This document shows, piece after piece, positions 50,358 to 60,303 of a stretch of DNA of 64,000 nt; the first letter of the stretch is position 1; each line of letters opens with the position of its first letter. Under the pieces are notes generated by a model that was not told the DNA's origin, did no database searches, and was given only the letters and a program-made list of their open reading frames with translations. Source of the DNA: Buchananella hordeovulneris. Its GTDB lineage: Bacteria; Actinomycetota; Actinomycetes; Actinomycetales; Actinomycetaceae. Made by a program: the position numbers and the translations under genes. The stretch is taken from positions 113-64,112 of the forward strand of contig JAUMWR010000002.1 of the NCBI GenBank assembly GCA_030529545.1, in the 5' to 3' direction.

Positions 50358-51667
50358 GACGCAGCTCCCAACGCGGAGGCCTCGTAGGGGAAGAGCTCGC
50401 GGGCAGGCGTGTGGTAGCCGGCCTCAAACTCCTCGCGGAATCGCTTGATTCCGCTTTGGATCGGGGAAGCGGAGGCGTCGCCCAGCGCGCAGAAGGAACG
50501 GCCCGCGATGTTGCCCGCGATGTCGAGCAGCAGGTCCACGTCGCCTTCCACGCCCTTGCCCGCCTCCAGGCGGTGCATGATGGCGCGCATCCAGTAGGTG
50601 CCTTCGCGGCACGGGGTGCACTTGCCGCAAGACTCGTGCGCGTAAAAGTCGGTCCAGCGGGAGACCACGCGGACCACGGAGGTGGTCTCATCGAATACCT
50701 GCAGCGCGCGGGTACCTAGCATGGAGCCGGCGGCGCCCACGGACTCGTAGTCCAGCGGCGTGTCCAGCTCCTCCTCCGTGAAGATCGGGGTGGAGGAACC
50801 ACCGGGGGTCCAGAACTTCAGCTTGTGCCCGGCGCGGATACCGCCGGCCATCTCGATCAGCTCACGCATGGTGATGCCGAACGGGGCCTCGAACTGGCCC
50901 GGGCGCTCGACGTGACCGGAGATGGAGAACAGGCCGTGGCCCGGGGAACGCTCGGTGCCCATGGCCTTGAACCAGTCCTCACCGAAGCGCAGGATGCCCG
51001 GCACAGAGGCGATGGACTCCACGTTGTTCACCACGGTGGGACGGGCGTACAGACCGGCCACGGCGGGGAACGGCGGCTTCAGGCGCGGGTGGCCGCGGCG
51101 GCCCTCCAGGGAGTCCAGCAGCGCGGTCTCCTCACCACAGATGTAGGCACCGGCGCCGGCGTGGACGGTGAGCTTCAACTCGCCGCCGTCGCGGGCGGTG
51201 CGCAGCAGGCCGGCCTCGCGCGCCTCGCGGGCCGCGGCCAGCAGGCGGCGGTAGACGTGCACGACCTCACCGCGCAGGTAGATGAACGCGTGCTCACAAC
51301 CGATGGCGCGGGAGGTGATGGCCACGCCCTCGATCAGCGAGTGCGGGTTGCCCATCATGGTCGGGATGTCCTTGCAGGTACCCGGCTCGGACTCGTCGGC
51401 GTTGACCACGAGGTAGCGCGGGCCGCCGTCGGCCGGCGGGAGGAAGGACCACTTCAGGCCGGTGGGGAAGCCAGCGCCACCACGGCCGCGCAGGCCGGAG
51501 CCCTTGATGAGGTTGGTCAGGTCCGCAGGCTCGATGTCCCACGCCTTCTCCAGGCCCTCGTAGCCACCCTTGGCGCGGTAGGTCTCCAGGGTCCAGGAAC
51601 GCGGAGCGTCCCACATGTCGCTCAGCACCGGCGCTAGCGTGCCGGGGGCGGTGAATGCCGGGCTCAC
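50354..51667 (-). CDS. nuoF: NADH-quinone oxidoreductase subunit F
   Basis: Has FMN/NADH-binding motifs (…GLRGRGGAGFPTGLKW…) and a C-terminal 4Fe-4S motif (…ESCGKCTPCREG…). Confidence 0.96.
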   Translation of the reverse strand: MSPAFTAPGTLAPVLSDMWDAPRSWTLETYRAKGGYEGLEKAWDIEPADLTNLIKGSGLRGRGGAGFPTGLKWSFLPPADGGPRYLVVNADESEPGTCKDIPTMMGNPHSLIEGVAITSRAIGCEHAFIYLRGEVVHVYRRLLAAAREAREAGLLRTARDGGELKLTVHAGAGAYICGEETALLDSLEGRRGHPRLKPPFPAVAGLYARPTVVNNVESIASVPGILRFGEDWFKAMGTERSPGHGLFSISGHVERPGQFEAPFGITMRELIEMAGGIRAGHKLKFWTPGGSSTPIFTEEELDTPLDYESVGAAGSMLGTRALQVFDETTSVVRVVSRWTDFYAHESCGKCTPCREGTYWMRAIMHRLEAGKGVEGDVDLLLDIAGNIAGRSFCALGDASASPIQSGIKRFREEFEAGYHTPARELFPYEASALGAAS

Positions 51668-52371
51668 TTCTCCTCCTCCGTGGCCGGGGCAGACTCGCTG
51701 CCCGGGACAAGCTGCGGGGCAGTCCAGCCGCGCTCGCGCGCGATCTTCAGGCCGCGCAGGGTGGGCTCGCCGGTGCCGCCCTGGTCCACCAGGCCGTCCT
51801 CGAAGCCCGCCAGCGTGCGGGAAACCTGCTTGAACGTGGGCACCTGCTCCGGGCCACGCGTGGAGGCCACCGGGTTGCCGGCGCGCAGGTCGTCCACAAT
51901 CTTCAGAGTGCCCTCGACGGTGGAGTTGTCGAAGAACTCCCAGTTGACCATCACCACGGGGGCGTAGTCACAGGCAGCGTTGCACTCCAGGCGCTCCAGG
52001 GAGATGGAGCCGTCCTCCAGGGCCTCGTTGTGGCCGATGCCCAGGTGGGCGGAGACCGCCTCCCAGATCTGGTCACCACCCAGCACCGCGCACAGGGAGT
52101 TGGTGCACACGCCCACGTGGTACTCGCCGCCCGGGGCGCGGCGGTACTGGCTGTAGAACGTCGCCACCGCGCTCACCTCGGCGCGCGAGATGCCCAGCAG
52201 CTCGGCGCACAGGACCACGCCGCGCGGGGAGGTGTAACCATCCACGGACTGGATCAGGTGCAGCATCGGCAGCAGGGCGCTGCGCTCGTAGCCGGCCGGG
52301 TAACGGGCAATGATCTCGGCAGCGTCGGCGCGCAGCTGCGCCTCGACTTCCGGTTCCCACGTTTGCGTCAT
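51664..52371 (-). CDS. nuoE: NADH-quinone oxidoreductase subunit E
   Basis: The 235-aa thioredoxin-like 2Fe-2S subunit has the motifs CTNSLC and CNAAC. Confidence 0.93.
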   Translation of the reverse strand: MTQTWEPEVEAQLRADAAEIIARYPAGYERSALLPMLHLIQSVDGYTSPRGVVLCAELLGISRAEVSAVATFYSQYRRAPGGEYHVGVCTNSLCAVLGGDQIWEAVSAHLGIGHNEALEDGSISLERLECNAACDYAPVVMVNWEFFDNSTVEGTLKIVDDLRAGNPVASTRGPEQVPTFKQVSRTLAGFEDGLVDQGGTGEPTLRGLKIARERGWTAPQLVPGSESAPATEEEK

Positions 52372-53726
52372 CGGTCCACGCCTCCCAACACGGGGTCGAT
52401 CGAAGCAAGCGTGACGACCACGTCGGCCAACTGGCCGCCCTCGGACATCATCGCTGCGGACTGCAGGTTGCTGAACGAGGGCTCGCGGAAGTGCACGCGG
52501 TAGGGGCGGGTGCCGCCGTCGCTAACCAGGTGCACGCCCATGACGCCCTTGGCGTGCTCAATCTGCGTAAAGACCTGGCCGGCCGGGACGCGGAAGCCCT
52601 CGGTGACCAGCTTGAAGTGGTGGATGAGGGCCTCCATGGAGGTGCCCATGATCTCGCGGATGTGCTCCAGCGAGTTGCCCTGGCCGTCGGAGCCGATCGA
52701 GAGCTGCGCGGGCCAGGCGATCTTCTTGTCCTCGACCATGACCGGGCCGGGGGTGGCGTCCAGGCGGGCGAGCGCCTGGTCAACGATCTTGATGGACTCG
52801 TAGATCTCGTCGAAGCGCACACGCGCACGGTTGTAGCCGTCCGACTTGTTGTAGGTCGGCACGTCGAAGTCGAAGGTCTCGTAACCGCAGTAGGGCTGCA
52901 TCTTGCGCATGTCCAGCGGCAGGCCGGCGGCGCGCAGGCACGGGCCGGTCAGGCCCAGCGCCATCGCGGCGGGCAGGTCGATCGTGCCCACGTCCACGTG
53001 ACGCAGCTTGTAGATGGGGTTGGCCATCACGATGTCCCGCATCTCGCCCACGTCGTTGCGGATCGAGGGCAGCAGGGAGCGGATGTAGTCGGTGGTGCCG
53101 GCCGGCAGGTCCTGCACCACGCCACCCGGGCGGATGTACGCGTGGTTCATGCGCAGGCCCGTGACGCGCTCGAAGATCCGCAGGATCTCCTCACGCGCGC
53201 GGAAGGCGATCGTCATCATCGTGGTGGAGCCGAGCTCGTTGCTGGAGGTACCGAGCGCCACCAGGTGGGAGGCGATGCGGTTGAGCTCCATCATGAGCAC
53301 GCGGATCAGGTTGGCGCGTTCCGGGACCTGATCGGTGATGCCCAGCAGCTTCTCCACGGCCAGGCAGTAGGCCACCTCCTGGAACAGCGGGGCAACGTAG
53401 TCCATGCGGGTGGCGAAGGTGACGCCCTGCGTGAACGTGCGGTACTCCATGTTCTTCTCGATACCGGTGTGGAGGTAACCGGTGCCGACGCGCAGCTCGC
53501 GCACGGTCTCGCCGTCAATCTCCAGGATCAGGCGCAGCACGCCGTGCGTGGAGGGGTGGACGGGGCCCATGTTGACCACGATGCGCTCGTTGGCCAGTTC
53601 CTCGACCTCGGCGGCGATGTCGCTCCAGTCGCCACCGAAAGCGGTGAACTCCGGAGTCTGCTCGTCTACCGGCAGGGCTGGGGCGGTGGCGTAAACGCCG
53701 CCAGCGGCGTTCTTGCTTGCGTTCAT
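52368..53726 (-). CDS. nuoD: NADH-quinone oxidoreductase subunit D
   Basis: The 452-aa sequence is NuoD-family (…[22 protein letters not shown]…). Confidence 0.96.
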   Translation of the reverse strand: MNASKNAAGGVYATAPALPVDEQTPEFTAFGGDWSDIAAEVEELANERIVVNMGPVHPSTHGVLRLILEIDGETVRELRVGTGYLHTGIEKNMEYRTFTQGVTFATRMDYVAPLFQEVAYCLAVEKLLGITDQVPERANLIRVLMMELNRIASHLVALGTSSNELGSTTMMTIAFRAREEILRIFERVTGLRMNHAYIRPGGVVQDLPAGTTDYIRSLLPSIRNDVGEMRDIVMANPIYKLRHVDVGTIDLPAAMALGLTGPCLRAAGLPLDMRKMQPYCGYETFDFDVPTYNKSDGYNRARVRFDEIYESIKIVDQALARLDATPGPVMVEDKKIAWPAQLSIGSDGQGNSLEHIREIMGTSMEALIHHFKLVTEGFRVPAGQVFTQIEHAKGVMGVHLVSDGGTRPYRVHFREPSFSNLQSAAMMSEGGQLADVVVTLASIDPVLGGVDR

Positions 53727-54466
53727 TAGCTGTAAGACCTCCGCGTGTCGGCCGGGGGAACGGTGGCGCCCTTGTACTCCACCGGGATACCGCCCAGCGG
53801 GTAGTCCTTGCGTTGCGGGTGGCCTACCCAGTCGTCCGGCATGGCCGTGCGGGTCAGGGACGGGTGGCCGGTGAAGACGATGCCCATGAGGTCCCAGGTC
53901 TCCCGCTCGTGCCAGTCGTTGGCCGGGTAGACGGAGACCACCGACGGGATGGTCGGGTCCTCGTCCGGGCAGGTGACCTCGAGGCGCAGCAGGCGGTTGT
54001 GCGTGACGGACATGAGGGCGTAGGCGGCGTGCAGCTCGCGGCCTTTGTCACCGGGGTAGTGCACGCCGTTGACGCCCAGGCACAGCTCGAAGCGCAGGTC
54101 CGGGTCGTCGCGCAGGATGGAGCACACCGTCACCACGTGCTCGCGCACGATGAAGATGGTCAGCTCACCGCGGTCCACCACGACGCGCTCGATCACGTCG
54201 GCCACGTTCAGGCCGCGCTCGACGAGCACCTCCTCCAGGACGTCGACGATCTCGTCAAAGTAGCCGCCGTAGGGGCGCTCGCTCTGGCCGGGCAGGCTCA
54301 CCACGCGCACCAGGCCGCCCATGCCGGAGGTGTCGGAGGAGCCGTGCACGCCAAACAGGCCGGTGCGTACCTCCAGGACCTCGCCCTCGGGGCGGCCGTG
54401 AGTGGGGGCAGCGGCGGCAACGTCGGCCACCACGGCACCCGCTTCCTGAATCTCGTTCTCGCTCAC
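53726..54466 (-). CDS. nuoC: NADH-quinone oxidoreductase subunit C
   Basis: The 246-aa protein belongs to the NuoC (30 kDa subunit) family. Confidence 0.93.
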   Translation of the reverse strand: MSENEIQEAGAVVADVAAAAPTHGRPEGEVLEVRTGLFGVHGSSDTSGMGGLVRVVSLPGQSERPYGGYFDEIVDVLEEVLVERGLNVADVIERVVVDRGELTIFIVREHVVTVCSILRDDPDLRFELCLGVNGVHYPGDKGRELHAAYALMSVTHNRLLRLEVTCPDEDPTIPSVVSVYPANDWHERETWDLMGIVFTGHPSLTRTAMPDDWVGHPQRKDYPLGGIPVEYKGATVPPADTRRSYS

Positions 54467-55026
54467 GCCAGCAGGCCCTTCATCTGGTGGGTGGGGGTAG
54501 CGGCCAGGGCGGCGGCCTCAACGGCGCGGGCCACCTTGGCGCGGTTGGCGCCTAGCGGCTGGCCCTTGATGCACTGCTTCTTCAGCTCCAGCAGAGCGTG
54601 CAGCAGCATCTCGGGGCGCGGCGGGCAGCCGGGCAGGTAGATGTCGACCGGCACCACGTGGTCCACGCCCTGCACGATCGCGTAGTTGTTGAACATGCCG
54701 CCGGAGGACGCGCACGCGCCCATGGAGAGCACCCACTTGGGCTCGGCCATGGAGTCGTAAACGTTGCGCACCACCGGGGCCATCTTGTGGGACAGGCGCC
54801 CGGACAGGATCATCAGGTCCGCGTGACGCGGGGAGGCGCGGAAGACCTCCATACCGAAGCGGGAGATGTCAAAGCGCGGGCCGGCGGTGGCCATCATTTC
54901 GATAGCGCAGCAAGCCAGACCCATGGTGACGGGCCAAATGGAGGTCTCGCGGGCCAGGCCGGCCAGCTTCTCCACGCTGGTCAGCAGGAAACCGGAGGGT
55001 ACCTGCTCCTCAATTCCGATCTTCAC
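54463..55026 (-). CDS. nuoB: NADH-quinone oxidoreductase subunit B
   Basis: Begins …[41 protein letters not shown]…. A GTG start at 55026 with an AAGGA RBS avoids overlap with nuoA. The ORF-track start at 55125 is too long. Confidence 0.93.
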   Translation of the reverse strand: MKIGIEEQVPSGFLLTSVEKLAGLARETSIWPVTMGLACCAIEMMATAGPRFDISRFGMEVFRASPRHADLMILSGRLSHKMAPVVRNVYDSMAEPKWVLSMGACASSGGMFNNYAIVQGVDHVVPVDIYLPGCPPRPEMLLHALLELKKQCIKGQPLGANRAKVARAVEAAALAATPTHQMKGLLA

Positions 55027-55036
55027 TGGTGTCCTT

Positions 55037-55396
55037 TCAGTCCCAGTCCAAGCCGCCCCGGCGCCATTCGTAGATGAACGGCACGGTAATGAGGGCAATG
55101 AAGAAGAGGGCAGCGCCGAGGCCAAAGAGGCCGAGCGTGCCGAAAGAGACGGCCCACGGGTAAAGGAAGACCACCTCGATGTCGAAGACGATGAACGTCA
55201 TGGCCACCAGGTAGTACTTCACGGGGAAGCGACCGTGGTCACCGGCGCTGGGCGTGGGGTCAATACCGCACTCGTAGTTGGCCACCTTGACGCGGTTGAA
55301 CCGCTTGGGGCCCACGATGGCAGAGATCGCCAGGCCACCAACGGCCACCAGCATCGCCACCCCCAGCATGATGAGGAAGGGGAGGTAGTTTTCCAT
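55037..55396 (-). CDS. nuoA: NADH-quinone oxidoreductase subunit A
   Basis: The 119-aa sequence [47 protein letters not shown]… is NuoA. A GGGAGAA RBS precedes it. Confidence 0.95.
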   Translation of the reverse strand: MENYLPFLIMLGVAMLVAVGGLAISAIVGPKRFNRVKVANYECGIDPTPSAGDHGRFPVKYYLVAMTFIVFDIEVVFLYPWAVSFGTLGLFGLGAALFFIALITVPFIYEWRRGGLDWD

Positions 55397-55772
55397 CGGT
55401 TCTCCCTAGAGCGCGGATCTACGTTCTTAACTTTTGCGTGCGTTTTTGTGCACACCACCGGGGCTGTTCTGACACGAGTCGGCACAGTCCTGGCGAATGT
55501 CGAGACTACCGGCGCGGTTTTGCCATGCCTGCCCCGCCGGAGCGTAAACCGCTTTTTTGGCAATATTCGGGGCAATACTCCTTCTCGCGGGACGCCCTTG
55601 GTAGTCAACTTCTAGGCCTTTGGACCGTGATTTACGGCAAGGTGACTGCGCGTATTGCTCGCGCCACACTTTGTGGGCGCCTTTCCCCCTTTGGACGACG
55701 TTGCCACCCGGCCCCTTTCTCCTGGGGCCGGGCGGCAATTAGGCCAGCCTTGCCGGCGTTGGCGCGACCGGG

Positions 55773-56468
55773 TTAGCTGAGGGGCTTGAAACCTCGGTGC
55801 AGGGCGACGATGCCGCAGGTGAGGTTGCGGTAGCCCACCCGCTCCCAGCCGCAATCGCGCATGAGCTGGGCCAGCTCGCCCTGAGCGGGCCAGGCAAGGA
55901 TGGACTCAGCCAGGTAGTCGTAGGCCTCAGTGTTGGTGGCCACCAGCTTGGAGATGGCGGGCATTACTTTGCCCAGGTAGAAGTGGTAGGGGCGGCGCAC
56001 CAGCGCGTGGGGCGGGGTGGAGAACTCGCAGATGATGACGTGACCGCCGGGCTTGGTCACTCGCAGCATCTCCTGCAGGGCCTTGTCGGTGCCCTGGACG
56101 TTGCGCAGCGCGAAGGAGATGGTGGAGGCGTCGAAGGAGTTGTCCTCGAAGGGCAACGCGGTGGCGTCGCCCTGCACGAACTCCAGGTAGGGGTAGCGGC
56201 GCTTGCCCTCCGCGATCATTCCAGCCGAGAGGTCGCAGGCCACCACGTCGGCGCCGTCCTCGTAGTACTCGGCGGCGGAGGTGCCGGTGCCGGCCCCCAG
56301 GTCCAGCACCCGCATGCCGGGGTGGGAACCCAGCGCGCGCCGGGTGGCGCGGCGCCACAGGCGGTCCTGCCACAGCGAGGCGACGTCGTTGGTGAGGTCG
56401 TAGCGCTTTGCCACGCCGTCGAACATGCTGGCGATCGCCTGCGGGTCCTTCTCGAGGGTTGCTCTCAT
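55773..56468 (-). CDS. menG: Demethylmenaquinone methyltransferase (MenG/UbiE)
   Basis: The 231-aa protein has a SAM-binding motif (VLDLGAGTGTSAAEY) and C-terminal UbiE family motifs. Confidence 0.93.
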   Translation of the reverse strand: MRATLEKDPQAIASMFDGVAKRYDLTNDVASLWQDRLWRRATRRALGSHPGMRVLDLGAGTGTSAAEYYEDGADVVACDLSAGMIAEGKRRYPYLEFVQGDATALPFEDNSFDASTISFALRNVQGTDKALQEMLRVTKPGGHVIICEFSTPPHALVRRPYHFYLGKVMPAISKLVATNTEAYDYLAESILAWPAQGELAQLMRDCGWERVGYRNLTCGIVALHRGFKPLS

Positions 56469-56537
56469 GGGTCCAATTGTGGCAGGTGCAGCGCTGTGCC
56501 TGTAGCGGCGCCCTTTTTAGCGCTAGATTGGCCCGCG

Positions 56538-58007
56538 ATGATCGCTCCCACCATTCCCCAGCTTTGCGCCCGCACTCGCGAGGTCACCGGGCATCCGCTG
56601 TTGCCCGTCTCGCTCCTAGAGGCGCTGCCTGCCCAGTCCGGTTTGGCGTGGGTGCGCCGCGGCGAGGGCTTTGTGGGCGGCGGGCAGGTGGCGCGCCTGA
56701 GCGCCCGGGGCCCGCAGCGCTTTGCCGCCCTGGAGCGGCAGTGGCGCGCAGTGGTGGCCCTGGCGCAGGTGGACGACCAGGTGGGACTGCCCGGCAGCGG
56801 CCTGATCGCGGCCGGCTCTTTCGCCTTTACCGACACCTCCTCCTCCGAGTCCTTCCTCCTGGTGCCGCGCTTCGTGCTGGGCTGCCGCGAGGGCCGCTGG
56901 TGGTTTACCCACATTTGGGTGGCCGACGACGCCTCTGCGGCCGCCCCGCCCACGGCGGCCGACGGCGCCCCGGCCGGGGCGGAGTCCGCCGCTCTGGCCG
57001 GGACGGGCGCCCAGCTCGACGAGGAGCTGGCGGCGTTCCTGGCGCTGGGCCGCGCGCCCGTCGCTTCCCCCGGGGTGGTCTCCACCTCCAGCGGCGCGCA
57101 CCGGCGCTCCGAGTGGGCCGGGGTGGTGGAGGCGGCCATCGCCGCGATGGCGGCCGGGCGCGCCCAGAAGGTGGTGCTGGCCCGCGACCTGTACGTGCAC
57201 ACCTCTGCCCCGCTGGACCCCCGCCTGCCGCTGCGCTCGCTGGGCGCCAACTACGACGGCTGCTGGACCTTCCAGGTGGGACCGTGGCTGGGGGCCACCC
57301 CCGAGCTGCTGGTGCGCCTGGACCGAGGCCTGGTGGCGGCCCGCGTGCTGGCCGGCACCATCCAGCGCACCGGCGACGACGCGGCGGACCTGCTGCGCGC
57401 CGGCAACCTGGCCCGCTCCTCCAAGGACCTGGCCGAGCACGAGTTCGCGGTGGACTCCGTAGCTCAGGCGCTGCGCGGCTTCTGCGCCACCCTGAACGTG
57501 CCCGAGCAGCCCTTCGTGCTGCACCTGCCCAACGTCATGCACCTGGCCACCGACGTCACCGGCGTGCTCCGGGCCGGCGGGGCCACCTCCCTCTCCCTGG
57601 CCGGCGCCCTGCACCCCTCCGCCGCAGTGGGCGGCACGCCGCGCACCGCCGCCCTCGAGGTGATCGCGGAGCTAGAGGGCATGGACCGCGCCAACTACGC
57701 CGCCCCCGTGGGCTGGATGGACGCCGGCGGCGACGGCGAGTGGTGCATTGCGCTGCGCTGCGGCGTCATCGAGCCGCAGCCGCTCCCCCACTCCCCCGCC
57801 CAGAGCGCTGGCCGGGAGATGGGGGCGAACGGCGGGAACGTCGGCCCCCAAGACGCCCCCGCAGACCACGCCGCGCAGGCGGGCAGCACCATCCGCGTCT
57901 TCGCCGGCGGCGGCATCCTGCCGCAATCCTTGCCGCAGGCCGAGGTCGCGGAGACCAGCGCCAAGCTGGCCCCCATGCTCGGGGCGCTCGGGGTGCAAAC
58001 GGCCTAA
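56538..58007 (+). CDS. menF: Isochorismate synthase (menaquinone-specific, MenF) with a ~35-aa low-complexity insertion near the C-terminus
   Basis: The chorismate-binding C-terminal domain carries …LAGALHPSAAVGGTPRTAALEVIAELEGMDRANYAAPVGWMDAGGDGEWCIALRCG…RVFAGGGIL…. The ATG is at 56538. Confidence 0.88.
   Translation: MIAPTIPQLCARTREVTGHPLLPVSLLEALPAQSGLAWVRRGEGFVGGGQVARLSARGPQRFAALERQWRAVVALAQVDDQVGLPGSGLIAAGSFAFTDTSSSESFLLVPRFVLGCREGRWWFTHIWVADDASAAAPPTAADGAPAGAESAALAGTGAQLDEELAAFLALGRAPVASPGVVSTSSGAHRRSEWAGVVEAAIAAMAAGRAQKVVLARDLYVHTSAPLDPRLPLRSLGANYDGCWTFQVGPWLGATPELLVRLDRGLVAARVLAGTIQRTGDDAADLLRAGNLARSSKDLAEHEFAVDSVAQALRGFCATLNVPEQPFVLHLPNVMHLATDVTGVLRAGGATSLSLAGALHPSAAVGGTPRTAALEVIAELEGMDRANYAAPVGWMDAGGDGEWCIALRCGVIEPQPLPHSPAQSAGREMGANGGNVGPQDAPADHAAQAGSTIRVFAGGGILPQSLPQAEVAETSAKLAPMLGALGVQTA
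57831..57846 (+). repeat. Copy of the dispersed motif GGCGGGAACGTCGGCC (inside menF, encoding GGNVG within a low-complexity insertion)
   Basis: Exact core. Further copies lie at 21411-21432 (mfd), 25627-25644 (murB), 26447-26462 (murB start, reverse), 28706-28726 (hotdog gene), 61252-61268 and 61873-61889 (menD), 63005-63020 and 63062-63080 (menC, reverse), and 63458-63476 (intergenic). Confidence 0.8.
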
Positions 58008-58067
58008 CTCGGGCAGCCCGGTCGGGCGCAGGGCCGGACCTTCAACCAGGCCCGGCCGCGCGCCGGC

Positions 58068-60023
58068 TCAGGCGTTCTCGTCGCGCGTCTTCAGGGTGGC
58101 GCTCAGCTTCACCCGCTCGGTGCCGCGCAGGAGCTCCAGCTCCACCTTGGCGCCCACCGGCACCTCCCGCACCGAGGCCATCAGGCCCTCCACGGAGGAG
58201 ATCTTCTTGCCGTTGAAGCTCAGGATGACGTCGCCTGCCTTCACGCCGGCCTCCTCGGCCGCGCTGGCAGGCGTCACCTCCTTGACCTCCGCGCCCAGGT
58301 AGCCGGCACCGTCGATCTCCACCTGGGCATCCCCCAAGCTGACCCCCAGAAACGCGTGCTGTACCCCGCCCGCGCCCATGATCTGGTCAACGATCAGCTT
58401 CACCAAGTCCACCGGGATCGCAAAGCCGAGGCCGATCGAGCCGGCCCTCTCCTCCGTGGCGCTCACCGTGGCGATCGAGGAGTTGATGCCGATGACCCGG
58501 CCCGCCGCGTCAAACAGCGGACCGCCAGAGTTACCCGGGTTGATCGAGGCGTCGATTTGGATGGCGTTCGTGACGGAGAAGGCGGAGGAGGCATCCCCCG
58601 TGGCCTGTTCCTGCTCCGTGGAGACCGGGCGGTCCAGCGCGGAGATGATTCCAGTGGTCATCGTGGAGGCGTAACCCAGCGGGTTGCCGATCGCCGCCAC
58701 CGACTGGCCCACGTACAGCTCCTGGGAGGTGCCCAGCGTGGCCACCGCCAGGTCCGCCGGAGCGTTCTCCAGCTTCACCACCGCCAAGTCAGTGGCCGAG
58801 TCCGATCCCACCACCTTGCCGCCGTAGATGCGACCGTCCGCCAACGCCACCGAGACCTTGCCGTCGGGCGCGCCAGCCACCACGTGGTGGTTGGTGACGA
58901 TGTGGCCCTCCTTGTCGATGATGACGCCGGAGCCGGAGGAGCCGCCGGTCTCCGAACGCAGCTCGATGGAGACCACCGAGTTGCCCACCGCCGCCTGCAC
59001 CGCCTGCCAGTTGGGGGCCTCCCCCGCAGAGGTGACCACCGGGGCAACGTTCGCCGCCGGGGCGGGGAACGGGGGCGAGGACTCCGAGGCCAGCTGCGAC
59101 ATCACCGCGATGGAACCGACCGAGGCCGCCAACGAGCAGGCCAAGGCAACGCCCACCACCCCGGCCCAGGTGGGCTGGCGGCGGCGCTTGGTGCGCCCGG
59201 CGCGGCTGCGCAACTGCTGCTCGTTGGCCAAAGGCGCGAAGGACGCCCGGGCGGCGGCCGGGCTCTGCCAGGGCGTCTGCGAAGCGGAGTACAGGTCCGG
59301 GGCCGGGTCGGCGGCGGAGTGCGCCGGGGCGGAAAACGAGGAGTGCGCCGCCGGGAAGTAGGGGGCGGGCAGCTCGTTGGCGTCGCGCGCGAACTGCGGG
59401 CTGGACAGCGGGCTGGTCTGCGAGGCGAGTGCGGCGGCGCGCCAGCCGGGCTGCGTCTTCTCTGCGGCGTGGGCTCCAGCATGGGCCGGAGCCGACGTGT
59501 GGAGGTGCGCGCTCTGGGCCTGCCGCAGGCCCGCCGCGGCGAAGACGCCGCCGGAGACCGAGACCCCCTGCGGGGAGGTGGCGGTTTGGTCGCCCGCGCT
59601 AGCTGCGCGCGGGCTGGCGGCGGCTGCGGGTGAGGCCGGGACCGCCGGGGGGCGCGGGGCGGGCCGAGCGGGCGCAGCGTAGGGGCTAGCGACGGGGGCG
59701 GCCGGCTGGGCGGCGCGCGCCGCCAGGGTAGGCGTTACGAAGGGGCCGGGAGCGGGCAGCGTGGGCTCCTCGGTGCGCACCCCGGGGGCGGCGGGGTCGG
59801 CGCCAGTTCCGGCGCTGAACGCGGGGCCGGGCAGGACCAAGCCCCCGTCTGCGAGCTGCTGGCCGCCGGCGGCCGGCCAAGCGCCGGCGGGAGCGCCGCC
59901 GCCCTGGGCGGGGCCCGACGGAGAGGCCAGGGAGTGACCGGTGGGCAGCGCCCACTGGGGGGAACCAGCCCCGCGTGCGCGCGAGGGGTCAAAGGCGTTC
60001 TGTCCGTGCGTGGAGTTTTCCAA
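58068..60023 (-). CDS. htrA: HtrA/DegP-family trypsin-like serine protease with a C-terminal PDZ domain, an N-terminal ~300-aa Pro/Ala-rich disordered region and a TM anchor
   Basis: The protease core contains …GSGVIIDKEGHIVTNHHVV…, …GNSGGPLFD… and a PDZ domain (…GAEVKEVTPASAAEEAGVKAGDVILSFNGKKI…). The start codon is uncertain (the ORF-track start is TTG). Confidence 0.88.
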   Translation of the reverse strand: MENSTHGQNAFDPSRARGAGSPQWALPTGHSLASPSGPAQGGGAPAGAWPAAGGQQLADGGLVLPGPAFSAGTGADPAAPGVRTEEPTLPAPGPFVTPTLAARAAQPAAPVASPYAAPARPAPRPPAVPASPAAAASPRAASAGDQTATSPQGVSVSGGVFAAAGLRQAQSAHLHTSAPAHAGAHAAEKTQPGWRAAALASQTSPLSSPQFARDANELPAPYFPAAHSSFSAPAHSAADPAPDLYSASQTPWQSPAAARASFAPLANEQQLRSRAGRTKRRRQPTWAGVVGVALACSLAASVGSIAVMSQLASESSPPFPAPAANVAPVVTSAGEAPNWQAVQAAVGNSVVSIELRSETGGSSGSGVIIDKEGHIVTNHHVVAGAPDGKVSVALADGRIYGGKVVGSDSATDLAVVKLENAPADLAVATLGTSQELYVGQSVAAIGNPLGYASTMTTGIISALDRPVSTEQEQATGDASSAFSVTNAIQIDASINPGNSGGPLFDAAGRVIGINSSIATVSATEERAGSIGLGFAIPVDLVKLIVDQIMGAGGVQHAFLGVSLGDAQVEIDGAGYLGAEVKEVTPASAAEEAGVKAGDVILSFNGKKISSVEGLMASVREVPVGAKVELELLRGTERVKLSATLKTRDENA

Positions 60024-60303
60024 GAGAGTGCCTTTCTGCCGTCACCGGTTGCTGGCGGTTACTTAACCACCGCAGCCTCACCCAATTCTGCAAGCTTTCT
60101 CAAAACATGCTGGAGACCACATTCGGCCCGGCGGGCTGCGCCCTCACCCGTCCAAGCGCGTGCTCTTCCCAGCGGGACAAACGCACGCCAGACCCGCACC
60201 CTTCCCGTACGAACTTGGCCAAAGGCGTACAGACTTGGCCCTACAGGGCGCTATAAGACCAAGGCCGAGCGCCTACGAGCACAGTCGAGCGGAATTGGGG
60301 GCG

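Noticed and set aside
47904-50387. 827-aa plus-strand ORF
   Set aside because: It is antisense to nuoG with no family resemblance. It is a GC artefact, as are many other long antisense ORFs in the track (for example 19308-20369, 60160-62403, and 29524-32751 inside the adhesin).
55797-56537. 5' part of the 736-aa ORF that runs into menF
   Set aside because: It is antisense to menG. The real menF start is the ATG at 56538, after the menG coding region.
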